The notes below the pieces were generated by a model. It made no database searches. It saw nothing but the letters and a program-made list of their open reading frames with translations, and was not told where the DNA came from. From the NCBI GenBank assembly GCA_040380695.1, contig JBEIIR010000001.1, positions 1 to 41,381 on the forward strand: DNA of 41,381 nucleotides, in the 5' to 3' direction. Shown piece by piece: positions 15,675 to 26,623 of this stretch. This DNA is from Gammaproteobacteria bacterium. Lineage in GTDB: Bacteria; Patescibacteriota; Microgenomatia; UBA1406; GWC2-37-13. Position 1 is the first letter of the stretch, and the number at the start of each line of letters is the position of its first letter. Both the position numbers and the translations under genes were made by a program.

Positions 15675-16250
15675 ATGCTAGAAAATCTAATTCCCTCCAA
15701 AGTAAGAAGAAAAATACTTGAGCTCTACTTTACAAATATTGATAAATCTTTTTATCTAAGAGAGGTGGTTCGTATAATTGATGAGGAGGTAAATGCTGTA
15801 AAGCGAGAACTGGAGATTTTGCATGGCGCTAAAGTTTTACTTCGAGAGCACAGAACTAACAAAATATTTTTTTCTTTAAATAAAAATTACGTCTTGTACG
15901 ATGAATTTATTAGAATATTTACCAAAGAATCTAGTTTGTCAAAGATGATTTATCGCAATAGCTCTAAATTGGGTAAAGTAAAGTTTATCGCGATATCTTT
16001 AAAGTATTCAAAAAAAATAGCCATTCGTGAAGATGAAATTTATGTTTTGTTTGTTGGTATAATGGTTCTTCCAGAGATCGAGGGCATCATGTTGACTGCT
16101 AAAAGCGAACTTGGTTTTGATATAAACTATACAGTTATGACAGATGAGGAGTTTGTTTATAGAAAAAGAAATAATGATCCGTTTATCGGTAAGTTTCTAA
16201 AACAGCCTAAAGTAATGATAGTTGGGCAAGAAGATGAACTCTTAAAATAA
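15675..16250 (+). CDS. winged-helix (ArsR-like) DNA-binding protein with an uncharacterised C-terminal domain
   Basis: SKVRRKILELYF...FYLREVVRIIDEEVNAVKRELEILHGAKVL resembles a wHTH motif. The C-terminal half is not recognised. Confidence 0.55.
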   Translation: MLENLIPSKVRRKILELYFTNIDKSFYLREVVRIIDEEVNAVKRELEILHGAKVLLREHRTNKIFFSLNKNYVLYDEFIRIFTKESSLSKMIYRNSSKLGKVKFIAISLKYSKKIAIREDEIYVLFVGIMVLPEIEGIMLTAKSELGFDINYTVMTDEEFVYRKRNNDPFIGKFLKQPKVMIVGQEDELLK

Positions 16251-16254
16251 TCTT

Positions 16255-17622
16255 ATGAGATATCTATTTTATACATTTTTAGGAATATTCACGGCATTGA
16301 TTCTGTGGATTAATCTTTCGAAACCAATACCTATAAATTTTACAATTTTTGGCAATACCGTTAAAACAGAGATACCTTTGTTGGCTATAAATTTTCAGAT
16401 GGGAGAAAGAGTCGTGAGAAGAGACTTTCAAACACAGTTGGGTTTAGATCTGAAAGGAGGAAGTCATCTTGTTTTTGAAGCCGATTCAAGCTCTGTAGCG
16501 CAAGCTGATTTACAAGATGCACTTCAGGCTTCAAGGGATATAATTGAACGGAGAGTAAATTTGTTTGGTGTATCAGAACCTGTTGTGAGAGTTGTGCAGT
16601 CAGGCGGAAATTATAGAATCAATGTTGACTTACCTGGTATTACTGACACTATGGAAGCTTCAAGGTTGATAGGTCAAACTGCAAAATTAAATTTTAGAGA
16701 AAAGTCGTCAGACGTGCAGGACTCTACAGCTAGCGCTCAATTTACATTTTTAGCTTTGACTAAAGAAACAGGTTTATCCGGCAAGGATGTAAAAAAAGCA
16801 AGTGTTGTGTTTGATCCATCAGATGGGCAACCACAAGTTCAGTTAAATTTTACTCCTGAGGGAGCTAAAAAATTTACAGAGATTACTAAACGAAATATTG
16901 GCAAAGAGGTGGGTATATTTCTTGATGATATGATTATTTCAGCTCCAGTCGTTCAACAAGAGATAAGAGATTCCTCTGCAGTAATATCTGGCAGTTTTAC
17001 AGTAGAAGCTGCAAAACAATTGGCAACCGCTATTAATTCAGGGGCGCTTCCTCTATCTATAAGACTTGTTGAGCAAAGAAGTATTGGGCCATCACTTGGA
17101 GCATTAGAAGTTCAGAAAAGTTTATTTGCCGGTGTTTTAGGCCTAGTGATGGTAATGATATTTATGATAATTTATTATGGCAGATTGGGTGTTATTGCGG
17201 GAATTGGCCTGATGATATACGGAGTTTTAACATTTACAATTTTTAAAATTATCCCCATAGTTCTGACCTTGCCTGGAATTGCTGGCTTCATACTTTCAAT
17301 TGGCATGGCGGTTGATGCTAATATTTTGATTTTTGAGAGAATAAAAGAGGAATTGAGAAACGGTAAACCATTCTCTCAAGCCCTAAAAGTAGGATTTGGA
17401 AGGGCGATAGATGCAATAAAAGATGCCAATATCACAACTTTACTTGTTGCCTTTATTTTGTTTAATCCTTTAAATTGGGAGTTTTTACCACAGTTTGGAT
17501 TAGTTAGGGGATTTGCATTAACTCTTGCAATTGGTGTCTTGACCAGTCTATTTACCGGTGTTTTTATCACAAAAAGGCTTATAAATTTCTTCGCCACTGA
17601 GGAGGTAAAAAAATATGATTAG
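16255..17622 (+). CDS. secD: protein translocase subunit SecD
   Basis: LGLDLKGG, RVNLFGVSEP, and the C-terminal six-TM block with GMAVDANILIFERIKEE. Confidence 0.95.
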   Translation: MRYLFYTFLGIFTALILWINLSKPIPINFTIFGNTVKTEIPLLAINFQMGERVVRRDFQTQLGLDLKGGSHLVFEADSSSVAQADLQDALQASRDIIERRVNLFGVSEPVVRVVQSGGNYRINVDLPGITDTMEASRLIGQTAKLNFREKSSDVQDSTASAQFTFLALTKETGLSGKDVKKASVVFDPSDGQPQVQLNFTPEGAKKFTEITKRNIGKEVGIFLDDMIISAPVVQQEIRDSSAVISGSFTVEAAKQLATAINSGALPLSIRLVEQRSIGPSLGALEVQKSLFAGVLGLVMVMIFMIIYYGRLGVIAGIGLMIYGVLTFTIFKIIPIVLTLPGIAGFILSIGMAVDANILIFERIKEELRNGKPFSQALKVGFGRAIDAIKDANITTLLVAFILFNPLNWEFLPQFGLVRGFALTLAIGVLTSLFTGVFITKRLINFFATEEVKKYD

Positions 17623-18517
17623 CTTCTTTAAATATTGGCGAGTTTATTTTGTGATATCTACTTTAGTAATTGCATCGGGTCTATACTCAATTTTTAATTG
17701 GGGATTTAATATTTCAATTGACTTTACTGGCGGAACTGTTTTGTCGTATGGTTTAAATGGTGACAAACAGATTAAAGTTGATCAAGTTGGGCTTATACTT
17801 GAAGAAATAGGTTTGATTGATGCAAAAGTGATTTTAGATAAAAATCGTATCTTGACGATTAAGTCTTCCCCTGTTGATGATAAAAAAGAGGGAGAGATTC
17901 GTCGTAAAATCGCAGAGTATGCTACTTCGGCGGTGGATGTCCTTAAATATGAATCAGTGGGGCCAACTATTGGAGCCGAGACAGTTACTAAAACTATTTA
18001 CGCAGTTTTACTGGCAATTTTAGGAATTTTAATTTATGTCGCCTATGCTTTTAGAAATATAAATTATGCAATAGCAGCAGTCATAGCTTTATTTCACGAC
18101 GTTTTAGTAGTGGCTGGCGTTTACTCAATAATCTCAATATTTTTTCATGCAGAGTTGGATCTTCTCTTTGTTACCGCCATACTAACTACCCTTGCTTTTT
18201 CTGTCCACGACACAATAGTTGTATTTGATCAGATGCGAGAATATAGAAAAAATCCCAAATTTTCCACGGACTCAGTTGAAGAAAAAGCAGATAGGGCTGT
18301 CACAAGTACGATTGTTAGATCATTAAATAATTCTTTAACCATAGTATTTATGCTTACAGCACTGGTACTTTTGGGAGGAGAATCCATAAGATATTTCGCT
18401 TTAGCTCTATTAGTTGGGACAATTACAGGCACTTATTCATCCCCTTTTGTGTCTGTGCCAATCGCTGTTTTTTTAGAAAAAAGAAAATTAAGATTAAGAC
18501 ATCTTACAAATAAATAA
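17615..18517 (+). CDS. secF: protein translocase subunit SecF
   Basis: IDFTGGT, VGPTIG, HDVLVV, FSVHDTIVVFD. It overlaps secD by 8 nt. Confidence 0.95.
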   Translation: MISFFKYWRVYFVISTLVIASGLYSIFNWGFNISIDFTGGTVLSYGLNGDKQIKVDQVGLILEEIGLIDAKVILDKNRILTIKSSPVDDKKEGEIRRKIAEYATSAVDVLKYESVGPTIGAETVTKTIYAVLLAILGILIYVAYAFRNINYAIAAVIALFHDVLVVAGVYSIISIFFHAELDLLFVTAILTTLAFSVHDTIVVFDQMREYRKNPKFSTDSVEEKADRAVTSTIVRSLNNSLTIVFMLTALVLLGGESIRYFALALLVGTITGTYSSPFVSVPIAVFLEKRKLRLRHLTNK

Positions 18518-18529
18518 TATTTTAGCCGA

Positions 18530-19141
18530 ATGTTTAGGATCATAAAAAAAGTTGTAGGTAGTATGGCGACTAACTGCTATATAGTTGTTTATGATAAAAA
18601 ATGTTTAATATTTGATCCCGGCGATCAGGGTGACTACATACTTGAAGAGGTTATTAGGGAAAATTTAAAGATATGTGCTATTTTTGCAACTCACGGACAT
18701 AGTGATCATATTGGAGCTGTAGGAGAGATTCAGCTTTACCAAGACTGTGCATTTTTTGTAAATTTTAAAGATAATTTTCTGATTAGACGAGTGAAAAATA
18801 CCCCAAATTACTATATAAAAAATAATCCAATTTTTTTGCCGATAAAAAAAATTGAACCACTATCAGAATCACAACATTCTATCGAAGATTTTCACTTTGA
18901 AGTTATTGAGACGCCAGGTCACACTCCAGGAAGCGTTAGTTTTTATTTTAAGAATGAAAAGATTATCTTAACAGGGGATACACTTTTTTCCTATGGAGTA
19001 GATAACGCAAGTCGACCCTATTCAAGCAAGTCTGATTTACTAAAGTCTTTATTAAAGATTAAAGCATTACCTGATGATATCACCGTCCTACCTGGTCACG
19101 AAAATGAAGACATGTTATCTAACTTGAAGAAGTTTTTTTAA
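18530..19141 (+). CDS. MBL-fold metallo-hydrolase (glyoxalase II-like)
   Basis: THGHSDHIGA (HxHxDH), ETPGHTPGS, GDTLF and PGHE boxes. Confidence 0.85.
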   Translation: MFRIIKKVVGSMATNCYIVVYDKKCLIFDPGDQGDYILEEVIRENLKICAIFATHGHSDHIGAVGEIQLYQDCAFFVNFKDNFLIRRVKNTPNYYIKNNPIFLPIKKIEPLSESQHSIEDFHFEVIETPGHTPGSVSFYFKNEKIILTGDTLFSYGVDNASRPYSSKSDLLKSLLKIKALPDDITVLPGHENEDMLSNLKKFF

Positions 19142-19144
19142 TCA

Positions 19145-20491
19145 TTAAGGTTTCAGTTCGTGTACCCGTTTAATCAGTAATTCGTGATCGTTGACCAGCT
19201 TCTCATCATCTACTTCAGAAAAAATAATATTCAAAACCTCTCCTACTTTTGGACTAGGTGGTATCTGTAAAATCTCCATCACATCTTGACCGCTTACCTT
19301 TAAATCTTTTATAGAAAAAGGTATTTTCTGAACTTCAATCAATCTCTTTTTAAATAGTTCGGTTCGCCACGAAGTTTCTTTGGCACCTGATCCGATCCTG
19401 TCAGCTCGTCTTAACTCAAGCATCTCATCAATAAGCTCCAACCCTACAATTCTTAGAAACCTTCTTAACGATTTATCTGATTGCTCCTCGGTAACCGTGA
19501 ATTGATGGTTTCTTACCAGAATACAGAGCATTTTTTTTTGTTCTTTCGATAATTTTAATCTATCTGCAATATGAGAAGTCAGCTCTTCTCCTACAACTTC
19601 ATGATTGTAAAATGTAACTATCCCTGTCTCTATGTTTTTATGATAGGTGTCCACTTTTCCAATATCGTGAAGCAATGTGGATAGTCTGGTTATAACATTT
19701 TTTGACCTACAATTTTTTAAAGAATTTACGCTATGAACACCTACATCGTAAATATGGTGTCTAAAAGGGCTTTTTTGATCAATTAAAAAACATTTTTCAA
19801 GCTCTGGAATAATGTATTTAAGTAGTCCGACTTCTTTTAGAAGCAGTATTCCGTTAGACGCATTATCCGATTCAAGAAGTTTAAAGAGCTCGTCTCTGAC
19901 TCTTTCACCGGATATATTTGAAATTAGGTCAGCATTTTTAATAATTGATTCTCTGGTTTCCTTATCAATCTGAAAATTCAGCTGTGTAGCTTGTCTGACT
20001 GCTCTAAATAGTCTTAAAGCGTCTTCTCTGAATCGTAGTTGAGAATCTCCTACAGATTTTATAATGCCAGATTTAATATCCTCTATGCCAAAAAATGGAT
20101 CAATAAAATCATGACCATTATATGCAATTGCATTAATTGTAAAATCTCTTCTTGCTAAGTCTTCATTGATATCTTTTGCCCAAACTACCTCATCGGGATG
20201 TCTTAGATTAGTATATTTTGACTCATATCTAAAAGTTGTGATCTCAAAGATTGTGTTATCCTCGTTGAGGATTGATGGGACACTAACAGTTCCATAGTTG
20301 TTTTCATAGTAACTATGCGGGAATAGCTTCATAATCTGATCTGGAGTTGCGTTGGTTGTGAAATCCCAGTCACTTATCTTGCGATTCATAATTAATCCTC
20401 GAACTGTACCTCCAACTAGGTAGATGTCAAATTTATGTTTTCTAAAGACCTCAATGATATTTTGAACTTCATTGGGTAAATTTATCTTCAT
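19145..20491 (-). CDS. cca: CCA-adding enzyme / tRNA nucleotidyltransferase with HD domain
   Basis: YLVGGTVRG, DWDFTT, RDFTINA, EDALRLFRAVR, and HD motif LLHDIGK. This is consistent with the tRNA-Tyr gene lacking an encoded CCA. Confidence 0.9.
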   Translation of the reverse strand: MKINLPNEVQNIIEVFRKHKFDIYLVGGTVRGLIMNRKISDWDFTTNATPDQIMKLFPHSYYENNYGTVSVPSILNEDNTIFEITTFRYESKYTNLRHPDEVVWAKDINEDLARRDFTINAIAYNGHDFIDPFFGIEDIKSGIIKSVGDSQLRFREDALRLFRAVRQATQLNFQIDKETRESIIKNADLISNISGERVRDELFKLLESDNASNGILLLKEVGLLKYIIPELEKCFLIDQKSPFRHHIYDVGVHSVNSLKNCRSKNVITRLSTLLHDIGKVDTYHKNIETGIVTFYNHEVVGEELTSHIADRLKLSKEQKKMLCILVRNHQFTVTEEQSDKSLRRFLRIVGLELIDEMLELRRADRIGSGAKETSWRTELFKKRLIEVQKIPFSIKDLKVSGQDVMEILQIPPSPKVGEVLNIIFSEVDDEKLVNDHELLIKRVHELKP

Positions 20492-20493
20492 AT

Positions 20494-21360
20494 TTATACA
20501 GTGATTAATTTTTTTACAAGATCAAGGTTTATTTTATCTGGACCTTTGTTATCGAAACCGGGTACTTCAAGTATAAACGGTAGTTTTTGGGTAAATTTAT
20601 GATTTAAAAAATTTCTAAAAACCTCTACTCCAACATTTCCTTCACCTATATTATCATGTCTGTCACGCAGTGAACCAAGTAAGTCTCGACTATCATTAAG
20701 ATGAATGGCGTGCAACCTATCTAAGCCAATTTTTTTATCAAAATTGTTAAGAAAAGAATCAAAATTATCGATTTTTTTTAAATCGTATCCTGCGGCATGT
20801 AAATGACAAGTGTCAAGACAGATGCGTAATCTTTTATTAGCTACATCTGCCACTATTTCTGCCAGTTGTTCAATAACTTGCCCAATTTTTCTAGTACCCG
20901 AATTCTCGAGTATCAAGTAAGTTTCATGTGGGGTATTTTCTAAAACTTTCTGAATATTTTTGATTAAAACTGTATAGTTTTTTTGTTTACGAATGCTTAT
21001 GTCTTCAGATTTATTTTTAAATGATCCAGTGTGCACTATGCTTCCATTGATCTCTAACTTTGATGCCAAATTCAGCTCAGCAATGAGAGATGCTACTGAT
21101 TTTTGCCCTATTTCGCCATGATCTGCAAGATTTATAAGATATAAGGCATGAAAAAAAACATTTTGTATTTGCAGTCGCTTTTTTTCATTGACGAATAGCT
21201 CTATCTCTGATTCGTTTGGAGCAGAAATCGTCCATCTGAGTGGTGTTCCAGAAAAAATCTGCAAGCAGTTTCCATTTAACTTACTTAGTTTGTCAATGGC
21301 TCCCGTATATCCTTGCGACGTCGAAAGATGTGCACCAATTTGGAGTTTGATTTTTTTCAT
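20494..21360 (-). CDS. nfo: deoxyribonuclease IV (endonuclease IV)
   Basis: IGAHLS, HALYLINLA, LENSG, CLDTCHLHAAGYD, HLNDS, ILEVP. Confidence 0.92.
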   Translation of the reverse strand: MKKIKLQIGAHLSTSQGYTGAIDKLSKLNGNCLQIFSGTPLRWTISAPNESEIELFVNEKKRLQIQNVFFHALYLINLADHGEIGQKSVASLIAELNLASKLEINGSIVHTGSFKNKSEDISIRKQKNYTVLIKNIQKVLENTPHETYLILENSGTRKIGQVIEQLAEIVADVANKRLRICLDTCHLHAAGYDLKKIDNFDSFLNNFDKKIGLDRLHAIHLNDSRDLLGSLRDRHDNIGEGNVGVEVFRNFLNHKFTQKLPFILEVPGFDNKGPDKINLDLVKKLITV

Positions 21361-21457
21361 GATACCGTTTTATTACAAATATTTAAAGTTAATTATAATT
21401 TATATACTTTTAAATAATTAAGCATACAGATATTAATGTAAATTGTTTAAAATACTC

Positions 21458-21494
21458 TTGACATTAATTAGCAGAGTTGGTATATTAATGCTAA
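21458..21494 (+). promoter_or_regulatory. hrcA operon promoter (TTGACA-17-TATATT with TGG extension) overlapped by a CIRCE-like operator
   Basis: TTGACA at 21458-21463 and TGGTATATT at 21478-21486. TTAGCAGAG-N9-TAATGCTAA at 21468-21494 keeps the 9-9-9 CIRCE geometry and the outer TTAGCA/TGCTAA half-sites. Confidence 0.6.
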
Positions 21495-22237
21495 TGGATG
21501 ACTTAACACAAAGACAAATTGATATTTTAGCGGCCATTGTTAGCGAACATACTCATACTGGCGTTGCTGTTGGTTCTGAAATTCTTGAGAAAAAATATAA
21601 GCTCGGTATATCACCAGCTACAATCAGAAATGAGATGGTTATGCTTGAGAAGAAAGGGTATTTGCAAAAAAATCACTTTTCTTCTGGAAGGGTCCCGTCA
21701 GCTCGAGGCTTTAGGTTCTATATAACAAGAGTAATGAAAGAAAAAGAGCTATCGACAGTTGACGAGGTGGCTTATAAGCACAGTATCTGGGATGAAAGAC
21801 AGAAAGAGTACAAAGTTTTATCTCAGGCGGCAAGAGTTTTGGCTCAAAGAACAGGTTTACTTTCTTTGGTAGCTACAAGCACAGGAGATTTGTATTATGC
21901 TGGAGTTGGAAATATACTGCAAAGTGCAGATTTACTGGAACCACAGTTTGCTCAAAAATTGTTACAACGTTTAGATGAGATTAATTTTTGGGAAGAGATT
22001 GTTCGAAAAACATTGATTCTAGATGAAGAATTGCTTTATATTTTAGGTGAAGAAGATTTCAAAGATCCAGTATTTGAAAGATGTGCCAGTATTTTTGGTG
22101 ATTTTGAAACAGCTAACTCAAGTGGCATTATAGGAATTCTAGGTCCTAAGTATATGAAGTACGAAGCAATTGCGCCACAAATAAGGTTTTTTTCACACCT
22201 GATTGAAGATATTATTAAAGAGCACACAGAAAAATAA
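21494..22237 (+). CDS. hrcA: heat-inducible transcription repressor HrcA (short form)
   Basis: LTQRQIDILAAIV...ATIRNEMVMLEKKGYLQKNHFSSGRVPS is the HrcA wHTH signature, at the head of hrcA-grpE-dnaK-dnaJ. The track start (21443) lies upstream of the -35. ATGs at 21488 and 21494 are in frame; 21494 fits a leaderless start. Confidence 0.85.
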   Translation: MDDLTQRQIDILAAIVSEHTHTGVAVGSEILEKKYKLGISPATIRNEMVMLEKKGYLQKNHFSSGRVPSARGFRFYITRVMKEKELSTVDEVAYKHSIWDERQKEYKVLSQAARVLAQRTGLLSLVATSTGDLYYAGVGNILQSADLLEPQFAQKLLQRLDEINFWEEIVRKTLILDEELLYILGEEDFKDPVFERCASIFGDFETANSSGIIGILGPKYMKYEAIAPQIRFFSHLIEDIIKEHTEK

Positions 22238-22254
22238 AAGTTTAATTTAAAAAA

Positions 22255-22773
22255 ATGAAACAGAAAGATCAAAAAAAAGAAGAGCAACCAAATTCAAAAA
22301 CTGAGGAAATTTTGATGCAGGATTTCGATAAGAATGATCAAAAAGATCTCAAAAAAAATTCTAATGTTGAAGTTGAACCAGATTTTAAAGAATTATACCT
22401 AAGAGCACTTGCTGATTATAAAAATTTGGAAAAAAGAACGGATAGTGAGAGAGTTGCATTTCAAACAAGAATACTATTAGAGTTAATGCGAAAAATGATC
22501 CCTTTTCTTGACAATATTGAGCAAGCAGTTATCTTTAATAAAGACCCTGGTTTACAGATGATAAGAAAATCTTTTTTAGACATATTAAAATCTATGGGAT
22601 TACAGGAGTTAGATTTATTGCATAAAAAATTTGATCCAAACACAGCTGAAGTTATAGCTGTAGAAGATGGCGAAAGTGATGACAAGATAGTTGAGGTGAT
22701 AGGTAAAGCATATATGCTAGACGGTTTCTTGGTTAGACCAGCAAAAGTTAAAGTTAGTAAAAAAATTAATTAA
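22255..22773 (+). CDS. grpE: nucleotide exchange factor GrpE
   Basis: RALADYKNLEKR, plus operon position between hrcA and dnaK. Confidence 0.93.
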   Translation: MKQKDQKKEEQPNSKTEEILMQDFDKNDQKDLKKNSNVEVEPDFKELYLRALADYKNLEKRTDSERVAFQTRILLELMRKMIPFLDNIEQAVIFNKDPGLQMIRKSFLDILKSMGLQELDLLHKKFDPNTAEVIAVEDGESDDKIVEVIGKAYMLDGFLVRPAKVKVSKKIN

Positions 22774-22791
22774 AAGTTTGTTTAAACACAT

Positions 22792-24702
22792 ATGTCAAAA
22801 ATAATCGGTATAGATCTTGGTACTACAAATTCAGCAGTTGCCGTGATGGAGGCAGGTAAAGCTAAAATTATTTATTCTCAAGAGGGTAGAAATGTTATCC
22901 CGTCGGTAGTAGACCCAACCAAGAGAATTGTAGGAGATGTAGCTAAAAGACAGTTGGTGCTTAATCCTGAGAGAACTATTTATTCAATTAAAAGATTGAT
23001 GGGAATGAGGCACAAAGATAGCGTTGTTAGTAAGGAAAAAACCTATCTGCCTTATAAGATTGTTGAAGGAAAAGAAGGTCGCGTGAATGTTGAAGTGGAG
23101 GGAAAAAAATATACTCCTGAGGAGATCTCTGCTATGATTTTAAAAAAAATAAAGGATGATGCTGAAGCTTACCTAGGCGAAAAGATTGAAAAAGCGGTAA
23201 TTACTGTGCCAGCCTATTTTGACGATGCTCAAAGACAAGCAACAAAGCAAGCTGGAGAGATTGCTGGATTAACTGTTGAGAGGATAATTAATGAGCCAAC
23301 GGCAGCGGCCCTTGCTTATGGTCTTGATAAAACTCATACGCACACTATAGCAGTGTACGATATGGGAGGCGGTACTTTTGATATAACCATATTAGAGCTA
23401 GGTGAAGGTGTATTTGAAGTAAAAGCAACAAATGGGGACACTCATTTAGGCGGTGATGATTTTGATCAGATTTTAATCAATTACATCGCTGAAGAGTTTC
23501 AAAAAAGCAACTCAGTCGATTTAAGAAAAGATGTTCAGGCAATGCAAAGATTAAAAGAAGCCTCTGAGAAAGCAAAGATAGAACTCTCATCATCTTCTGA
23601 AGCAGAGATAAATCTGCCATATGTAACGGTGCGAGATAATCAACCTTTACATTTAGTTCTTAAAATCACTAGAGCTAAATTTGAATCTTTGGTTGACGAG
23701 CTAATTGAGAGAAGTTTTCAACCGGTAAGAGCAGCTTTAAAAGATGCTAAGATCGAGTCATCACAGGTAAACGAAGTCATAATGGTTGGCGGAATGACTC
23801 GCATGCCAAAAATCGTTGAGGAAGTGAAGAAGTTTTTTGGTAAAGACCCAAACAGGTCAGTTAATCCTGATGAAGTTGTGGCAATAGGTGCAGCAATTCA
23901 GGCAGGTATTTTAACCGGCGAAGCTAAAGACGTTGTCTTGCTTGATGTCACTCCGCTTACTTTAGGTGTAGAAACTCTTGGAAGTGTAATGACCCCACTT
24001 ATCGAAAGAAATACTACAGTTCCAAGCTCTAAATCTGAAACATTTTCAACAGCTCAAGATAATCAGACTCAGGTGCAGATACATGTTCTGCAGGGAGAGA
24101 GGCCAATGGCTAAAGATAACAAATCCCTAGGTACATTTACGCTGGATGGTATTCCTCCAGCCCCACGTGGAGTGCCGCAGGTTGAGGTTACTTTTGATCT
24201 TGATGCCAATGGACTACTTACTGTAACAGCCAAAGACAAAGCAAGTGGCAAATCTCAAAGCATAACTATTAAAGGTGGTACAGGATTATCGGATGAAGAA
24301 GTCCAGAAAATGAAAGATGATGCTAGTAAATATGCTGAAGAAGATAGCAAACTGAAGGCTAAAATAGAAGCTAAGAATAAGGCTGATCATTTATTATACA
24401 CTGCCGAAAAATCCCTTAAAGATTCTGAAGGTAAAATCACTGACGAGCTTAAAAAAGAGGTTTCTGATAAGGTTACTGAGTTAAAGGAGTTGATCGTAAA
24501 AGATTCTTCAACTGCAGAAGAGATCAATGAAAAAAGCGAAGAGCTTTCAGTTTCTATGCAAAAGATAGGTCAAGCTGCCTATAAAAGTGAATCAGGTAAC
24601 AAAGAATCTGAAGGATCAGCATCAGCAGATAGCAAAACAGAAGATCAGACAAGTAGTGATAAAAAAGATAAAGACGTTGAGGAGGGTGAGGTAGTTGGGT
24701 GA
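22792..24702 (+). CDS. dnaK: molecular chaperone DnaK (Hsp70)
   Basis: [26 protein letters not shown] and other Hsp70 signatures. Confidence 0.98.
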   Translation: MSKIIGIDLGTTNSAVAVMEAGKAKIIYSQEGRNVIPSVVDPTKRIVGDVAKRQLVLNPERTIYSIKRLMGMRHKDSVVSKEKTYLPYKIVEGKEGRVNVEVEGKKYTPEEISAMILKKIKDDAEAYLGEKIEKAVITVPAYFDDAQRQATKQAGEIAGLTVERIINEPTAAALAYGLDKTHTHTIAVYDMGGGTFDITILELGEGVFEVKATNGDTHLGGDDFDQILINYIAEEFQKSNSVDLRKDVQAMQRLKEASEKAKIELSSSSEAEINLPYVTVRDNQPLHLVLKITRAKFESLVDELIERSFQPVRAALKDAKIESSQVNEVIMVGGMTRMPKIVEEVKKFFGKDPNRSVNPDEVVAIGAAIQAGILTGEAKDVVLLDVTPLTLGVETLGSVMTPLIERNTTVPSSKSETFSTAQDNQTQVQIHVLQGERPMAKDNKSLGTFTLDGIPPAPRGVPQVEVTFDLDANGLLTVTAKDKASGKSQSITIKGGTGLSDEEVQKMKDDASKYAEEDSKLKAKIEAKNKADHLLYTAEKSLKDSEGKITDELKKEVSDKVTELKELIVKDSSTAEEINEKSEELSVSMQKIGQAAYKSESGNKESEGSASADSKTEDQTSSDKKDKDVEEGEVVG

Positions 24703-24717
24703 TAATTTAAAAAAATT

Positions 24718-25563
24718 ATGCAGGATTATTACTCAATTCTCGGAGTGTCTAAAAATTCTGGTTTACCCGAGATCAAATCAGCTTATCGAAAGTTAGCGTT
24801 AAAATGGCATCCTGATAAAAATAAGGAGCCCGGTGCTGAGGCTAAATTTAAAGAGATAACGCAGGCATATGAAGTGTTATCTGATCCAAATAAAAAACAA
24901 ACTTATGATCAGATAGGACACCAAGCATATACATCGTCAGGCGGAGCTAGAGACAGGGGTCCCGCGGGAGGCCAGGGTCCATCTGGAAATACATATTACT
25001 ATTCTAACATGGGAGGTGCGGGAGGTTTTGATTTTGGCGGCGTAGATCCTTTTGACATCTTTGAACAGTTTTTTGGTGGTCGCTCGCCTTACGGCTCGCG
25101 ACCCCGCAGATCTGTTTATCAGATTAGACTTTCATTTAAAGAAGCTGTGCATGGAGTGACTAAAAAAAGTGTTATTTCTGGTAAAGAGCATACGATTAAA
25201 GTCCCAGCGGGGGTGGATAATGGACAAAAGATACGATTTTCAGATTTTGACATTGTTGTTGAGGTGATGCCTGACCCTGTTTTCAAAAGAGAGGGGCAGG
25301 ATATAGTGATTGAGAAGCGTATAAGTTTTCCACAGGCTGCACTTGGAGACGTTGTTTCAGTGCAAACAATTAATGATCCAGTACAAATAAAAATTAAACC
25401 AGGTACGCAATCTGGACAGATGATTAGGTTAAAAGGTAAAGGAGTGCCGTATCCTCAATCAAATAGAGTTGGAGATCAATATGTTATTTTTAAAATTGAC
25501 ACCCCCTCAAAGTTAACAGCAACAGCTAGAAAAATATTAGAACAGCTAAAAAAAGAGATTTAG
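24718..25563 (+). CDS. dnaJ: J-domain co-chaperone DnaJ, type II (CbpA-like), with no zinc-finger domain
   Basis: J domain with HPD (WHPDKN) and a G/F-rich linker. The whole 281-aa protein contains no Cys, so the CxxCxGxG repeats are absent. Confidence 0.9.
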   Translation: MQDYYSILGVSKNSGLPEIKSAYRKLALKWHPDKNKEPGAEAKFKEITQAYEVLSDPNKKQTYDQIGHQAYTSSGGARDRGPAGGQGPSGNTYYYSNMGGAGGFDFGGVDPFDIFEQFFGGRSPYGSRPRRSVYQIRLSFKEAVHGVTKKSVISGKEHTIKVPAGVDNGQKIRFSDFDIVVEVMPDPVFKREGQDIVIEKRISFPQAALGDVVSVQTINDPVQIKIKPGTQSGQMIRLKGKGVPYPQSNRVGDQYVIFKIDTPSKLTATARKILEQLKKEI

Positions 25564-25606
25564 CACTCGATTTTTAAAGCCCTTTTTTTATAAAAAAAAC
25601 TACTCT

Positions 25607-26608
25607 ATGAAGATACATGTGCATTTAGATAATCTAGAGAAATACAAGGCGTTTTTAAAGTTTAAAGACGCCGTACGGTCGTTTTTTTTACTAAATAACT
25701 ATTTAGAACTAGATCTGCCGATCGTTTCTCCTGTACTTATTCCTGAAAGCGGTCTTGAGGTATTTGAGACAGAATATAAATATAAACAATCTAAGCAAAA
25801 TCTTTATCTGACACCTTCGCCAGAGCTTTTTATCAAGAGATTGATTGTGTCTGGAGTAAATGACTGTTTCTATTTGGGAAAATCGTTTCGCAATGACGAA
25901 TTAGTCTCCCGTAAACATTCCTTTGAGTTTCAGATACTTGAATTTTATAAAATTGGCGTTGATTATATTCAGTTTTCTGAAATAGTTTTACAACTACTTC
26001 AATTTTTAGCAAAAACATTTTTTAAAAATCAAGAAATTGTTTATCAGAATAAGAAGATTTTATTTGATAAATTAGAGCAAATTACAGTTGCAGACGCCTT
26101 TCATAAATATGCGGGGATTAATTCAGATGAACTTTTTGATGAAGTTAAGTTTTTAGAAAAAGCGGCTAGTAAAAAATATCAAACAAATGGTTTTAACTAT
26201 GTAGATTTATGGTCTCAAATTTATGCACAGGAGGTTGAGCCAAATTTGGGGAAAAACGGAAGAGCAACAATAATCTATGATTTTCCTATACAGTTTGCCT
26301 CACTTGCTCAGCCAAACGAGGATGGCCAAACCGCCAAGAGATTTGAATTATATATTGAAGGTATTGAGATTGGGAACTGTTTTTCGGAGTTGACTGATTA
26401 TAAAATACAAAAAAATAGATTTGATAAAGAGCAGCAAGAAAGAAAAATCTCTGGTAAAATAGAGCATCAGATCGATAGTGAATTTATATCATATTTAGAA
26501 AAAGGTATGCCCAGTTGCTCCGGCATAGCTATAGGCATAGAGAGATTAGGATTGATTTTTTGTAACTGTGATAATATAAATGAACTAAAAATATTAGATA
26601 TTTATTAA
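25607..26608 (+). CDS. epmA: EF-P lysine aminoacylase EpmA (GenX/PoxA)-like class II aaRS paralog
   Basis: Class II core only, with no anticodon-binding domain. Motif 2-like SFRNDELVSRKHSFEFQILEFY and motif 3-like SGIAIGIERL. It lies directly upstream of efp. Confidence 0.75.
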   Translation: MKIHVHLDNLEKYKAFLKFKDAVRSFFLLNNYLELDLPIVSPVLIPESGLEVFETEYKYKQSKQNLYLTPSPELFIKRLIVSGVNDCFYLGKSFRNDELVSRKHSFEFQILEFYKIGVDYIQFSEIVLQLLQFLAKTFFKNQEIVYQNKKILFDKLEQITVADAFHKYAGINSDELFDEVKFLEKAASKKYQTNGFNYVDLWSQIYAQEVEPNLGKNGRATIIYDFPIQFASLAQPNEDGQTAKRFELYIEGIEIGNCFSELTDYKIQKNRFDKEQQERKISGKIEHQIDSEFISYLEKGMPSCSGIAIGIERLGLIFCNCDNINELKILDIY

Positions 26609-26623
26609 AATTTATTTTTAACT

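Noticed and set aside
25560-25586. An exact CIRCE left half-site, TTAGCACTC, overlapping the dnaJ stop codon.
   Set aside because: The sequence 9 nt downstream (AGCCCTTTT) has no resemblance to GAGTGCTAA. A single 9-mer half-site is not an operator.
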